NCBI GenBank assembly: GCA_000708835.1
Contig: DF237599.1
Location: 1-47,168 of the forward strand
Direction of reading: 5' to 3'
Length of the DNA stretch: 47,168 nucleotides
From: Klebsormidium nitens
Lineage: Eukaryota > Plantae > Klebsormidiophyceae
Every line of letters begins with the position of its first letter. The first letter of the stretch is position 1. This document shows, piece after piece, positions 10,526 through 23,100 of the stretch. The position numbers and the translations under genes are program-made. The notes beneath the pieces were generated by a model that ran no database searches, was not told the DNA's origin, and was given only the letters and a program-made list of their open reading frames with translations.

Positions 10526-12775
10526 ACTCAAGCTGTTGATAGGATAGTATGAAAAGATGTCCCCTTTCTGTTGAATGGATCTGGTCTCTTAGATGATCAA
10601 CGTCGAGACGAGCCTCGCAAATTGAGGAACCTCTTGCTTGTCGTGCGCCTTTTTCAAGGAAAACCTCGCTATCTGTTTTTGGTTTAGCTTCTCTCGGACC
10701 ATGCTCGGTTGCATCATTCATGTGTAGCCAAGCGCAGGTGCTTTCGAATCCTAGCGCTCCCTTCTCGTCCATTCATCTCTTTTCCTGACTTTCCGGATTC
10801 AGGTATCACGGTGCACTACTACGCGGAACTCGGCGAGCACTTTCCACAAGGCGGAGGAAGGACCTTCCAAAGAGTAATCAGTTGTTGGGAAATGAGTAAG
10901 GCTACGTTGAAGGGTGTCAGAGAAGTATTCCGATTTGCATTGATGTATTGATCAGATTGAAACTCTCAGAAAGAACAATTTGTCGTTTGCCTGTAAGCCG
11001 GCCATTAGGCACTGCTGTTCGTTGTTCTTGACAGATCGTTGCTCGTACTGCCAGCACTGGATTACAGCAGACGGAGAAAGCGGCAAAAGTATTGACCTTT
11101 TGAGGTTAGCAGAGTTGGCACAGAGGTTTAGGATTGTGGATCAGGACGGATTACACCAGGTGATTGACGGCGTGGTTTAAGATTAGGACTGCTGGATTAA
11201 GATCGTGATTGTCAGGTACTTTGTAGGTTTCTACCCTGTTACGACGTTGTCAAATGACGTGACATGATAATAATCAATTGTTACGACTCAATCGTAGACA
11301 AGGCATGTGCAAGTTTATCCTGCTTGAAGAGCCTCACAAAGTGCAACGTGAAGGACGCATCTGAACGGCCGTTCCTATAGCATAATCCTGTAATAATTTT
11401 CACTTGGAGTTTCGCGTCCATCGCCTAAAGGCTATGCAAGTCAAATGTTGTTGCGGATGGAGCGATGAATGGTTGCTGGCTTCCGGTTGCCGTTCTTGTC
11501 TTATCTCGACTATCCGTTTTCATACACGTCTACTTCGTAAAGAATTATACTCCACAGAAGGGCCACTGAGCTAGCGCTCCCATTGGGCAAGTCAAGCGAG
11601 CCGCGACAAGCACAGCTTTTAGCGCAGCTTGTCGAACTAAGAACCTGCGCACTTGGTTGTGGAAGATACGGCTACATTCACGAACCGGGCATCCCTTTCT
11701 CCTGTATTATTTCTTCATGTTTTGCACTCGTTCCGGCACAGCCCTAGAGAGGAAGCATTGTGGACACAGCCTGCGTTGGGACCAGAGGGATCAAAAGGGC
11801 GTCGCTTGACGTAAGCGCATGAATCTGGAAAATGAATGAATGACGTTTGGAAGCAATTACTTGAGCCCAAGTTTAACGATCCGCAAAACCAGCTCAAAAT
11901 TAGAGGACCCTCGGAGCTCGCGAGGGTCGCAGCAATCGTGAAGACAAAGAACTGGCTTGCATCGACTATTCCTCGCAGAATGAAAGGGTTTGCCGCGAGG
12001 ATGTCTTCCGAGCACATGGATAATCTTAAGGTTCCAAGGGGAACAACCTGAAATATAAAATGCATGTCTATCGTTTCAACTTTGAAGTAAGTCCAAACGA
12101 CTGACAATCAATGAAAAACTGCAAGAAACTTCTTTGAAACCTCTGTCTGGTTGCATGTCATCTTTGCGCTGTTAAGCTAACCGCAACTTTCCTAACTTGT
12201 GGGTAAAGATTCTGACCAGCTCGGGCATGAGTCCCAGCCACGCCAGGTCCTTGCCTCGAGCCCGTTCTCTTGGACTTTCCGAATGAGCGCGCTGCTGCTG
12301 GTCCAAGGCGGTACGCTCTAGGCCGGCGACCGTCGATGCGGCCAACGCGATACGCTGCCGCGGTGACGCGACGGCTCGCGCCCTGCTGACATTGACACTG
12401 ACACTCAGCAGTGACACCGAAGACGAGATCACGGCCCCACAGTGGACTGGTGCCATGCAGAGCGCGGCGGCGATATGCGGTAGCGAAGTCGTCGACATTT
12501 TCAAGTTGGTCTTGGAACATTCAAGCCTTCTAAGATCTTAGCTCCAAAAGCTGGGGTGCAGTCTTACAACTCCACGGTTGCGAGCATGTCTCTCAGGACC
12601 TGCGGCAGGTGTCAAATCAAAGGCGCACCACCTAAGAGGCAAGCCTAGAAGCTTGGAGGCGTTCACAGCTGCATGATGCTCCAGTGAACTTTTTGTTTCC
12701 GAGCATTCAGTTTGGCTACTAGGGTTGCTGAACTTAACATTGCTACAGTAGAGGGTTTGCAAAGGGCGCTTTACC

Positions 12776-15700
12776 ATGGCTCCCCGTCGTCTGCCTGCAG
12801 ATCTTCATGTAAAAAGTCCTCCCTCCAATTCTGTGCGAGGTAACGATCCGCTGAAGAACGCGTACCTTGGAGATCTGCACTTCCGCACGCTTCTGGAAGC
12901 GATAGCAGGCAGGCTGCAGTGTCTCGAGTCGCAGCACGAACAAGACGTTGCATGCCTGCAAAACAGCTTCGCGAGGGAGAGGGACGGGTTGCTTGCTCAG
13001 CTAAGCCGCCAAGATGGACAGGGCAAAGCCGAGGAAATGATGATGGGGGTTTCTGAAACGAAAGGAGTCGCTGGAAAGGATGAGGTCACGCAAGAGAAAG
13101 GGGAAAGAGGCTCTGAAGGGGCGACACGTCAAGCGATCGAAAGCAGTACCGTAAATCACAGACGTTCATCTCGTGGAACAGATCCTGACCCTTGGGGAAA
13201 AGAAAGCATTGCAAATAGAGCTTTCCCGCAAGAGGGTGAGCAGGTTTTCAGCGGTAACGTGACTGAAGCTCCGTTTGCAATAGAAGTCTCGAAAGAAGCA
13301 GAGCCGGCCAAGGTGATATTCGAGCCGTCCGAGTGGAGAGCAAAGGAAGACGACGATTCAATGCACGAGAGCAAGACACAAGGGATACACAATCAGGATC
13401 AGTCACTGAAACTTCTACGGCCCTCTTCGCTGGTGCAGGTCGGAGAAGAAAAGGCTTCAGGCAGACTTCTTGATTCCTTCCTTTCCAAAAATAGCACAGA
13501 GTTGGTGCAGGTTGGAGGAGAAAAGGCTTCAGGCAGACTTCTTGATCCCTTTCTTTCCAAAAACAGCACAGCAAAGCAAGCAGTACATATGGACTCGCAC
13601 ATGAACGCAGAAGCGTTATTGACAGATCAAGGAAAGGGCACAGTGCCTGTGGCTCTGGATTCGACCGAGCCTGGACCTTATTCTGCCAGCCAGTTCGACG
13701 TTGCAGTGAGCCAGATGCAGGACGCAGCCCGCAGAGAGGCAGTGAGGTGCACCTGCGTGCATGCAGGCTTCCTGAGCCAGCTGGGGCGCCTGTCACAGCA
13801 GAAAGCCAGGTGAGAGGACGCCCGACGGATTCAGTTTTTCATTGCGCCCCATCATATATTTGACTTCTGTACTCTGACGCGAGGACGACCATCGTTGCAA
13901 GATACGATGGCGTGCTCCTGTTTGACTCAGCAAGAAGGAATGCCAACATGGACAAGGCAGAAAGTAGTTGTTGTTTGCAAAGCAATGGTTAAGACTTAGT
14001 TTGCTTTTATCCGCATGCTTGATTGTGGAATTGCCGTTTTCAAGTCGGGTGAAACATTGTGTGAGGGTGAGACAAACGATCTCTGTCAAGTTTATTTTCA
14101 TTTGTCTTATGCTTTTATTCATTTTCAGATCCTGACGGAAAGTATCTGGTGCGAAGCTCTTTAAACCCGTTCTAATATGACGACATTTCGAACTTGTGTT
14201 GGTAAGCATGTTCGGCAGCTGAGCGTTCCATCCCTGCAGCGGTCGCTGCGCGGTGTGCCGCGAGGTGGAGCGGAGCGCGCGGTCGTGGCAGGCCCAGAGA
14301 GGGGACTGGCGGGACGACCCAGGGGCGGCGGAGAACGCGGCGCTGGCGTTGGTAGACATCAAGTGGAGCAGGACAAGCGTAGAGGCGATGCTGCTCCGCA
14401 TGAAGGCCCGGAACGCCAACGGAACGGCAGCAACTGGCGAGGGGGGTCAACGAGCACCGCTGACGTGGACGGATCACGGCGAAGACGCACTTCCTGGAGC
14501 TGACATGAGCCTCTGCAGCGATCAAGATCAGGGGCTGACTGTCAAGAGCCTGAGCCAAGGCGACGCTTCGGGTATCAGGGAATGCGCTGAAATGAAGGAG
14601 AGCAGCAGAGACGTGAAAGACAGCACAAGCACCCCTGAGGAACTCGAGACAGAACAGCAAATCGATGGCCTGGCTCTAAATAGTGAGGTTCTCTTGGAAG
14701 GAGAAGGAGCGCAGCCTGCGGAGGACAACGAGACGGTAGACGCGCGCGAGCGCGAGCGGTGGTCGCAGCAGATGCGCGAGCTGGCTGCCAAGGTCAACAG
14801 AGAGGCCCAGGGGTGGCAACGGTACGCGCGAGCAGCAGGCGCAGCGGCGGTGGGGAAACGGACGGCGGCAGGAAGGCGTGGCAGAAAGACTGTGATACGG
14901 AAGCAGGAGGAGATCGCACCAACGGGGGCAGTGACGAAGCGTGCCAAGGTGCTGCGGCAGGGGCCCCGGCAATCGTGGAAGCGGCGGGAGGCGCTGCAGG
15001 CGGCGGAGGAAGAGGCGCCGCGCGAGGAGCCGCGAGGATCAAAGATGCGCGGGGGATCAGGGAAGCGCGGGAAGAAGAGCATGAGGCACCACGCGGCAGG
15101 AAGAAGGGGCAGGAAGCGGACGGCGAACGACGCGGAGGTTGGGGGGACCGAAGAGGTGAGTAGCCTTCCGAGCGAACGGCGGGGGGTGCATTGCGCAGTC
15201 TCTTGCCGCGCCGCCAAAGGAATCAAGCATCACCAGAACTTAAATATCTTGCCGTGCGCCGCGGTGCTGACTTTAAGATTGTGAATACCGTTATAACAAG
15301 GGCAGCAAGCCAGTGGGGCTCGTGACGTGTACTACCAGTAAGGAGCTGCTCATATCAAGAAAGGAACTTTGCTAGCGCTAGGGATCCTGAAAGCTATTTA
15401 CAGTCACATTAAGGATCATCTTCTTCCAGGATCACGTGCTGACTACGCTTGACGGACCGGGGCCCCTTGCGACCACCGCGGGCGCGCAATCCCCGCTGAA
15501 AAGATTCGCGGGTGCCAGGACAACGGAGGTTAGCCGTGCACATCTTAGTCTTAGAAGCTGTTCCTCGTTCCTTGATTGCCAGTACTTATGTCAGTGTTCT
15601 TCATGCTCGAGATCCACGTCTACTCGAAGGCCTGCAGACGCTTGGTGGGTCATTCTATGCTTCGGTGGGTCCGGCTAACCGGAGCTGCGCAGCGACTCAC

Positions 15701-16752
15701 TTGGCGTCCGTTTCTCGTGCAGGTTGCAGAAGCACCTGCCGCCGTCTTCGATCTGTCCCCCGTTCCCGGTAACCCCCCCTCTTCTCCCAGGCATGCCCGC
15801 TTTCAAGCGAGGGCCGGTCCTGCTAGCCCGCTTCCACGTGGCCTGGCCCCGCAGACCCCCAGTCCCGTGAGAGAGCCCGCGAGGGGTCCGCCGGGCGGGG
15901 GCGACGTCCCCCCCGAGGCGGCGCTGAGCGACGCGCTGTGCCTGGAGGAGTACCCCGTGTTCTGCAAGCGCAAGCCGGGGGCGGCGGAGGGCGGCGTGCT
16001 GCCGGGCAAGCTGCGCATCTGGCACGGCGGCCGCGTCATGGTCGACTGCCTCTGCGCCGACTGCACCCACAGCTGCGGTGAGGGGCTGAGCTCTGCTTCA
16101 CTGACGGCGGGACTAAGTTCAACCCCGATGATTGAATCCTGCCAATGGATGCATAGAGACTCTCACGATGGGCATGGTGCTCGAAGCACGATTATTTGGT
16201 TCTTCCTTCTGGATCTCGACGTTGGTACGCGAAAAAACACGCCAAAAAAATGAAACGCAGCTTGGATACAAAGATGTTTCCGACATGGACTCTTGCTCAC
16301 GTCGATAAACCTGCCGGGCTTCCCTAAATGTCTGCCGTAAATGTTGTTGCCCTACTCTTTTATGCTCAGTGCTGTCCTTTTTTACTAGGCCCTCCCGGCG
16401 CACGTTGAGGATCTGGCAGTCTTTCAAAGAGCCGATCCGTTCTTCTTCTGCCAATCCAGCCCGTTCGCGCATCTTTTGGGTAATCTCTACGCCGTGCCGG
16501 TTGCTTGGTCTGACCGCCACTTCTCGCGTCTCGTTTGTAGGGCCTACCGGCCTGCGGATGTCCCCTGTGGCCTTCGAGGCCCACGCGGGGCGCGCGGCTG
16601 CCAAGAAGTGGCGCACCAGCATCTGGATCCGCCTGCCCGCCACCACGGCGGACGGGCCCCCGCGCGAGTGCACCCTGGACGACTGCCGCCAGCTGAGCAA
16701 GGGCAGAAGGCTCGTCCCGGGCGTCACCGGGGCTGCGATCGGAGGCGTTTGA
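12776..16752 (+). CDS. SAND-domain ULT-like protein, paralog 3 (~871 aa, ends shortly after SAND)
   Basis: Exons 12776-13809, 14240-15155, 15430-15528, 15723-16077, 16541-16752 (phases 2,0,0,1; 2616 nt). N-module DPLKNAYLGDLHFRTLLEAIAGRLQCLESQHEQDVACLQNSFARERDGLL; CxxC (GRCAVCREV); basic NLS-like GRRGRKR tracts. SAND: FCKRKPG..LPGKLRIWHGGRVMVDCLCADC..MSPVAFEAHAGRAAAKKWRTSIWI. Confidence 0.82.
13431..13570 (+). repeat. 72-bp in-frame tandem duplication in SAND paralog 3 exon 1
   Basis: LVQVGEEKASGRLLDSFLSKNSTE / LVQVGGEKASGRLLDPFLSKNSTA; copies start at 13431 and 13503. Confidence 0.95.
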
Positions 16753-17489
16753 CCGGTCGACGCTCTATCGAGGCCTTAAAGTAGACACAGCATGTGTGCC
16801 GCCACGTTATTACTCACCAGCGAGCTTGGAAATCTTAGAAGAATTTGTGCCTTTGCAGACACCGAAGCGGTCACAATCTTTGGTCTATCTTGTCGCTCAT
16901 AGTATGGACGAAGGTTTCGTTGATGTCGGGCGATTTCTTACAGACTTCAAGCCAGCCAAGGTATGCTACGTTGAAGTCATGGCGTTTCTGCTAGATGATC
17001 GGTCGAGAGCGTTTTGTGCTACGTGCGAGAACATTTAGGACTCAGCCGTTGGCTTTGTGTGCATGAGCTGAACAGAGATCTACTTAAGCCATGTCTTGCT
17101 GCATAATGATGCGGCCACTCTGACGGAACCAATTGTAAATATTGCAGCATGACTTCTGAAGTTTGATGTGCAGGAGCCTACATATGAACGTTACAGCACA
17201 TGCTGATATCGTCAATCGCAATGTTGGACAGTCCCCTGAACCCGATGCAGTTTCACCAAGAAGTTATGCATGATTGGACGATACAAGTTCTGTATTATGT
17301 AACTTCCATATGACATGAGCCTGTTTGTGCCGTGTACGTGATCCAGCTTCTTGACTGTGCGAAAGCCCCGCATCCGTGTTAAGATTGTGCGGATGACTAA
17401 AGAAGTCTGCTCTAATAATGAACGACACGCAATCATATATAAACAGTGGACGAATGGGTGGACTTGGCCTCACGTCTACTTCCTTCTCG

Positions 17490-19364
17490 TCACGTTTGCA
17501 TACACTCTGCCGTGTAGAGCTTCGGCTTGGACACGAGGAGGTGCAGTCCGTTGGCCAGCAGGACGTAGTACACCATGGCCGCTGCAGCCGTCACAAGGGG
17601 CGGAGTTCAGTCGAATCCGGTGCACTGACATCCCACCGCTGAGATCCTGGGGCGTCCAAGTCATCATTGAAGCAAGTCGCAACGACACGAGGTTGTGATT
17701 CATTCCTCTTTCATCTGATCTTGACTTGTAGTGCAAACTGGGGCAGCAAACGAGCATGCTTACCAATTTTCTGAACGATGTAGATGGCCGAATAGCCTGG
17801 TCGATGCCACACCCTGTCATGCGGACAGTGCAGAAACTCGAGGGCCTGCACAGCAAAGCAACGAACAGGCACTTATCTGACTCTGTGATTCATCGAACCT
17901 TGAAGCGATTCATCTCAAGCCCAAAGTAACACGCACAGACTTTGGTTGTTCGCAGCCTCGTTCTAGGCCGTTGCATTAAGGGCAGTCCAAGGTGCGCAAC
18001 ACGACAATGTGACCCCAGTGACAAGGTCCTTTAGCACAAAGTGTGCATATTTGTTGTAAGCGGGGTCACGGCAGAGGGAGGGCGGTCACGGCAGAGAGAG
18101 GGCGACCACAGCAGCGCTCACCAGGCGGTACAGCCGCAGGAGGAGGAAGAGCAGGAAGTGGATGAGGCACGCAGAGAACAGCGCGCGGTTCCGCACAAAC
18201 ACTTCTGCAAAAGTTGGCACTCCCCAAGTCAGAGCCACGTCGCTTGGGATGCAAGCTGTGAGATGCACAACTGGTCCCACGAGGTTGCAAACTCTGAACT
18301 TCAGCCCGTCTCATGATTCGAGCCATATGCAAAGCTCGGCGGTGACATAGCATTAGATCGAATTGTGCATGCCTTGCGTACGAAGAACCTGTCTCAGCTT
18401 AAACAAAATATACTCATATAACGCCTACAATATTAAGAAAGCTAAAGTGCTTTGCATCCGGGGGTGCCTACTCACTGGCGTAGAGTGCCTTCTTGACCAG
18501 GAAGGTGGATGACAGCAGGACGTAGAACGTGATCCAGGTGGCAAACAGGACAAACAGCTGCACGCTGTAAGAGGTGCCAGAAGATGGGACACATCAGTCA
18601 AATAATCAAAGTGAGCAGGCCGAAGGTCAGAACTTCTTGTTGCAAACCAATAATACCACAGCGCGCACTGCATTTACGACATTTATGATTGGATGTCCAG
18701 CTCGCAAGATCGTTTCCAGCTGAAGCTTGACGCCATTGATCGGCACGCGTTCAATCAGTGGGGCGGCAGCTGTCCCGGCATCACCTGAATGCAAGGACGT
18801 GGAAGACCAGCTGGGTGGTGGCCAGCTGGTCCAGGTACGTGGCCAGCACCAGGTCTAGCCCCAGCAGCAGGTATGCCACGCCCAGCGTGTACTGCACCCA
18901 ACAGGGGCACCCATGATCAGCACTGTTTACTGGGGCTATCTGGGCGGGAAGCTGCTGCACAACTGCGCTATGCATATAAGCACACAGCCGGAGGCAACAT
19001 AGGATCCGCAAATGCACTGCATGTCTATCCAAAAACAGCGGGCACTGGAGGTGCTGAGCTCAGAGACGGCTCACAAAATGGCAGGTGGCAGCTGGAAAGG
19101 CCCTCGAATCACTATGCAACTCGTCAATTCTTATGTTGGTCTTCCGCACATTATCTCTGGTCAGTGATTATTGCGTCCATAGCGCAGACCTACCAAAAAC
19201 GTGCTTTCGATGGCCACGTCTTTGTCTGCAGCATGAGCTGGCGGCCACACTCCAGGTCGGCCCGCCGAAGAGGCATCCTTTGCCTCAGCCTTTGATCTGA
19301 GGCTCAATGGCACTGCGCTGGACAAACTGCAAGCAGCTTGAGCAGCCACCTTCCGGGTCGCCAT
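17490..19364 (-). CDS. TMEM138: TMEM138-like multi-pass membrane protein (ciliary)
   Basis: Five core exons join in frame: 18891-18785, 18564-18476, 18204-18122, 17845-17764, 17581-17490, giving YTLGVAYLLLGLDLVLATYLDQLATTQLVFHVLAFSVQLFVLFATWITFYVLLSSTFLVKKALYAKVFVRNRALFSACLIHFLLFLLLRLYRLALEFLHCPHDRVWHRPGYSAIYIVQKIAAMVYYVLLANGLHLLVSKPKLYT. This is collinear with recalled human TMEM138 (LLSYDL..LFIIQ..NTFVFQAG..IWTDG..FQRLAAVLY..DPHFY). The first exon (19364-19194) and the last codons are tentative. Confidence 0.8.
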
Positions 19365-20187
19365 CGACCTTTCAGACAACTTACCCTGACCCTAGCCACC
19401 TTCCTAGATTCCTCAAACAGGCGCCAGAAGGGCGCCGGAGTCTAGACATGCTGTGACCCATTCCTGCATGGGGCCCTGCATTGAAGAATGGAAATTAGGG
19501 TTTGAGATTCTGCGGAGCTGAGTCTATAGGCTCGTGGCATATGGAGTACCCAGCTGTGTCCAGACGGTGCCGGGTGCAGTCGGGATCGGGAACTCCGGAG
19601 CAATCCACAATTGACGGCGGCGATGGACGAAGCTGCATATATCAACGGATGGAAAGCCTCAAACCTACTACTTTAATGCCTGGTACCGACCGCCCAGTTG
19701 TCTGCTTCTCCAGTCAAACGAGGTCGCCGACGACGCCGGAGTCGGAGGGGTTTCCCTGATCCGACGGCCGCATTTAATGCAAGGTAGAATCTGCATAATG
19801 CGGCCCAGCTCTTTGACACCGCACATGACGAGCTCTGGTTTATTCGGCTTCTGACGTTCTTCGTGTCAAGTCGAGGGTGGAAGCGGCACTCTGGGCCCAC
19901 TGTCCAAGAATGTCGTCCTGTGGGACGCTAGGTACGGCGGTCCCAGGTCAATGTGCTCGCACTTCGAGCCCTCAGCCTCACAGCAAGGGTGGGAGGACCA
20001 CCCATGGACTGTCCCCCATTTGCAGATGAGCACTGCAAATCATTCATGATTGTGAAGTTGCCTATGCAGAACGGCTTTTAAAAGGAGCCTCGTAAGACTC
20101 AGAAAAGCAAGAATCGAATCCTTGGAGGTTTTCCTCTCAAACTCTGCTCGTCGTGTACATCTCTCGAAGCAGAACCCTCCCTTCGCC

Positions 20188-23100
20188 ATGGCTGGCGCCG
20201 CATGCATCGCATCCTCCCCTGCTTCGATTGCCTCTGCAATCGGAGCTTCTGTGCAGCGCGTCGTACAGCAGGAGCGTTCGCATGGACGTGTGCGGGGGCG
20301 CATTGGGCCTGGGGTTGCTGCTTCTGGCTGGGCTGGCAGCAAGACTGCCTTCCTGCACACCCGGCAATGTCCCATGGGGGGAACAGCAGGCAAGATGCCA
20401 GGAGCTGCCAATGCACGGCGCAGCGCAGCTAGAGCTGCCCTGGCAGAGAGGTAGGGAATCCCTGAGAGGGCCATTCACAATCTTTTTCAAGAAGAATTGC
20501 CTGAACAAGCTGTCGGTTTGCAATAATGGGGCATTCACATCGGGCAATTCTCTTTTAGAACCCCTATTTGATGGAATCTGACACTTTGAGTAATTTGCTG
20601 CTCCTCTGATAGGATGACTGACAACCTAGTGTACATATTTGACTTTGATCATCTTGAACTCCACAATATGTTCTTCCTTGTTAAGTTGCCATGGCCTCAG
20701 ACTTGGTGCAAAGAAGCACTGCCTGCTACATGTCACTCCATTCTATAGGAGCTGGTAGTTGAGAACCAAGAGAATTGACTCTTTTGTTTCGCAACGTTTA
20801 CCTCACCCGTTGTTCTTGTCTCTCTCTTATATCAACGATCGCGGTCGCCTATATTGCCTGGTTGCTTTCTTGGCCCCCATCGTACGTGCAGACTACACAC
20901 GCTAGCCCAACAGCACGGCCAAAGACAAGACTGTCTATTGTCTTGAAGGGCAGTCAACAGAAGCGCCTTTTTTTCAACCCCTCCAGATGTGTTTTCCCCC
21001 TCTGTGCAGACAACCTGCTACAGCGGAGGCGGCCCACCAGCTGCCCGCTGCGTCGGATGCCCCGCTTGGCCTGGACGTTGACACACTGCAGCTGGCCCTG
21101 CATTCTGCGCTGCTGTCAGCACTGGCGTACAAGAGCCCCGTGCAAGTAGAGTACCTGCGCCTGCGCGCCAATGGCAAATCCCAGGAGCAGGCGCTGAAAG
21201 TCATCGAGGAACAGGTCAGGACGCACATGAGTTGCAACCATAATGACGCAATGCGCAGAGGCCATATGTCTGTTGATGCTGCCAGCTATTTGGGCAGTCA
21301 AGAGCATGTCAGAAAGTGCTGCTGGAACGAATTTTTGCTTCCTAAGAGCCAGCCAAAGCTCTGCCTTGAAGTCTGTTGACATCTTCACCATGCATTTCCA
21401 ACTCGTATGTTGAGAACTGCCATGCTCTGAAGAGCTTGCAAAGAGTCTGTCCGTCATCAATGTGTACCCGCTGCATTGACCGCCAAAAAAGCTACTCAGA
21501 GTGGATTGGTTGAGCATCACACATTGATCAGGAGCTGTTGACTACCAGTGCTGCAGTCTGGGGGTAGCATGATATAGGACAGCAGCATCCCATCAGGAGT
21601 TTTGTCTGCCGACCACCGTGGCTGTTGTTTGGGAATGTGCATGAAGATTGCCTGGGAGTTCCCCCAGCGAAAGGATTTTAAGACCCAGGCCTACTTAGCC
21701 TGATCTCCTGTAAAAAGCTCTCCTTGAGAGCTTCTGGAAACAGCCCACCGCTGGACACTGCACAGCAAGTTCCCTGTTGACCCCTCCTTTTCCAGGACAC
21801 CCTGCCAGCCTCTCACCCTTCTTCCTTTTCACTGTGTAGGCAGGCACGACTCCTGCCGAGCTGGGCGACCCAGCCAAACTGGAGCAGCTGGAGAAGGAGA
21901 ACAAGGAGCGCGGTTTTACCGACATCCTGACGCAGTTCGATGAGCCATCGCAGTACTTTGACGGCAAGCAGAGCCTCTTCATGAAGGCCACCGTGGTGAG
22001 GCCACTCACTGCTAACAGACGCATACGCATTATGCGTCAACCTCGTGCCCGTCACAATATTAACATGGATTTGGTGGAAGTTACTGCGGCAGGTCAGCGG
22101 ATCCTGGTCCTTGTCACAAGCATGCGTTTGGCAGAATCCTTTCATTTGCGCACGGCGGTTGCCCCTTGGCAAAGTATGCTATGCACAACTGCGAGCGCTA
22201 GCCTTGTTGCGTGTTGCCATTCTCCCTGCAACCCTGAATGGCATATCCAGATCTCTTTGGGCTCCCGTTGAAGTTTGTTTGTCAGCCATGCCACACCTCT
22301 TCATGCTGTGTCGATGATTGTAGCCCCTGAAGTATCCTCCTGTTACCGCACCAGCATAAGATCCCCATTTGCCGGCACGTCCACATTTTCGGGCCTTCTC
22401 GCACAAGCGGTGCCGTGCTCATCCCGCCCCCTCCCGCCATGCTGCCGCAGGCGTACGTGTTCTTTTGCCCGACGCCCAAGGGCCAGCGCAATGTGCTGTA
22501 CTGCGTGTTCCGCGGCACCGAGGGCCTGGAGGACATGGTGGCCGACCTGCAGCTCGCGCAGGTGCAGATCGCGCCGGAGCCGCCCGCGGGGAACCCCAAC
22601 CTGATCGGGGACATCAAGAAGATCATGCTGCACCGCGGCTTCCGCGACCAGTACGTCGCAGTCGCCACCGCGCTCACCAGGAACGTGGAGGTGAGCGGAG
22701 GCGGATGAGTAGCGGAAGCGTCGAGCGGGACGCAGCAGAAGTTGCGTGGTCGTTTGAGCACTTTCGAATGCTCCTGAAGGGGCCAAAGCGGATGTTCTGG
22801 AGTGCAGGAAAGGAGTTCCAGAGAAGCACGTGTTCCTCGACTTATTGAGTCCCTGCCAGCACGGCCACACATTGCTGTGTGCACCAGACTTGCAGAACAA
22901 ATCAAGCAATTTGAAGACAACCCGATGTCCCTAAAGCATCGAACCCTGAAGCATCGAACCCTAAAGCATTCTAAGAGCTGCTTTGTGGGAGTGCAACTTT
23001 TGAAGGACTCGACACGCGAGCCAATATCTCAGCTTGTCTTGTCGTGGAGTTTCAATATTCATTATTCCTGGATCATCACTTTTGATGATCCAGGAATAAT

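Noticed and set aside
10803-11180. Possible extra exons of paralog 2, including RCSYCQHW (11035-11180)
   Set aside because: They cannot be joined in frame to the phase-0 donor at 10511 without an unobserved exon, and the rest of the CW/ULT pattern is absent.
11715-12520. Minus-strand ORFs with WLGLMPELVRIFTHKL (F-box-like) and a plus ORF at 11836-12051
   Set aside because: Only a short motif resemblance; no consistent exon chain could be built.
20040-20547. Minus-strand ORF of 144 aa overlapping lipase exon 1
   Set aside because: It is antisense to the transit-peptide exon, which has a phase-compatible donor at 20451.
22929-22970. CCCTAAA motifs suggesting an interstitial telomere
   Set aside because: Only two copies embedded in a 15-bp repeat unit; not a telomeric array.
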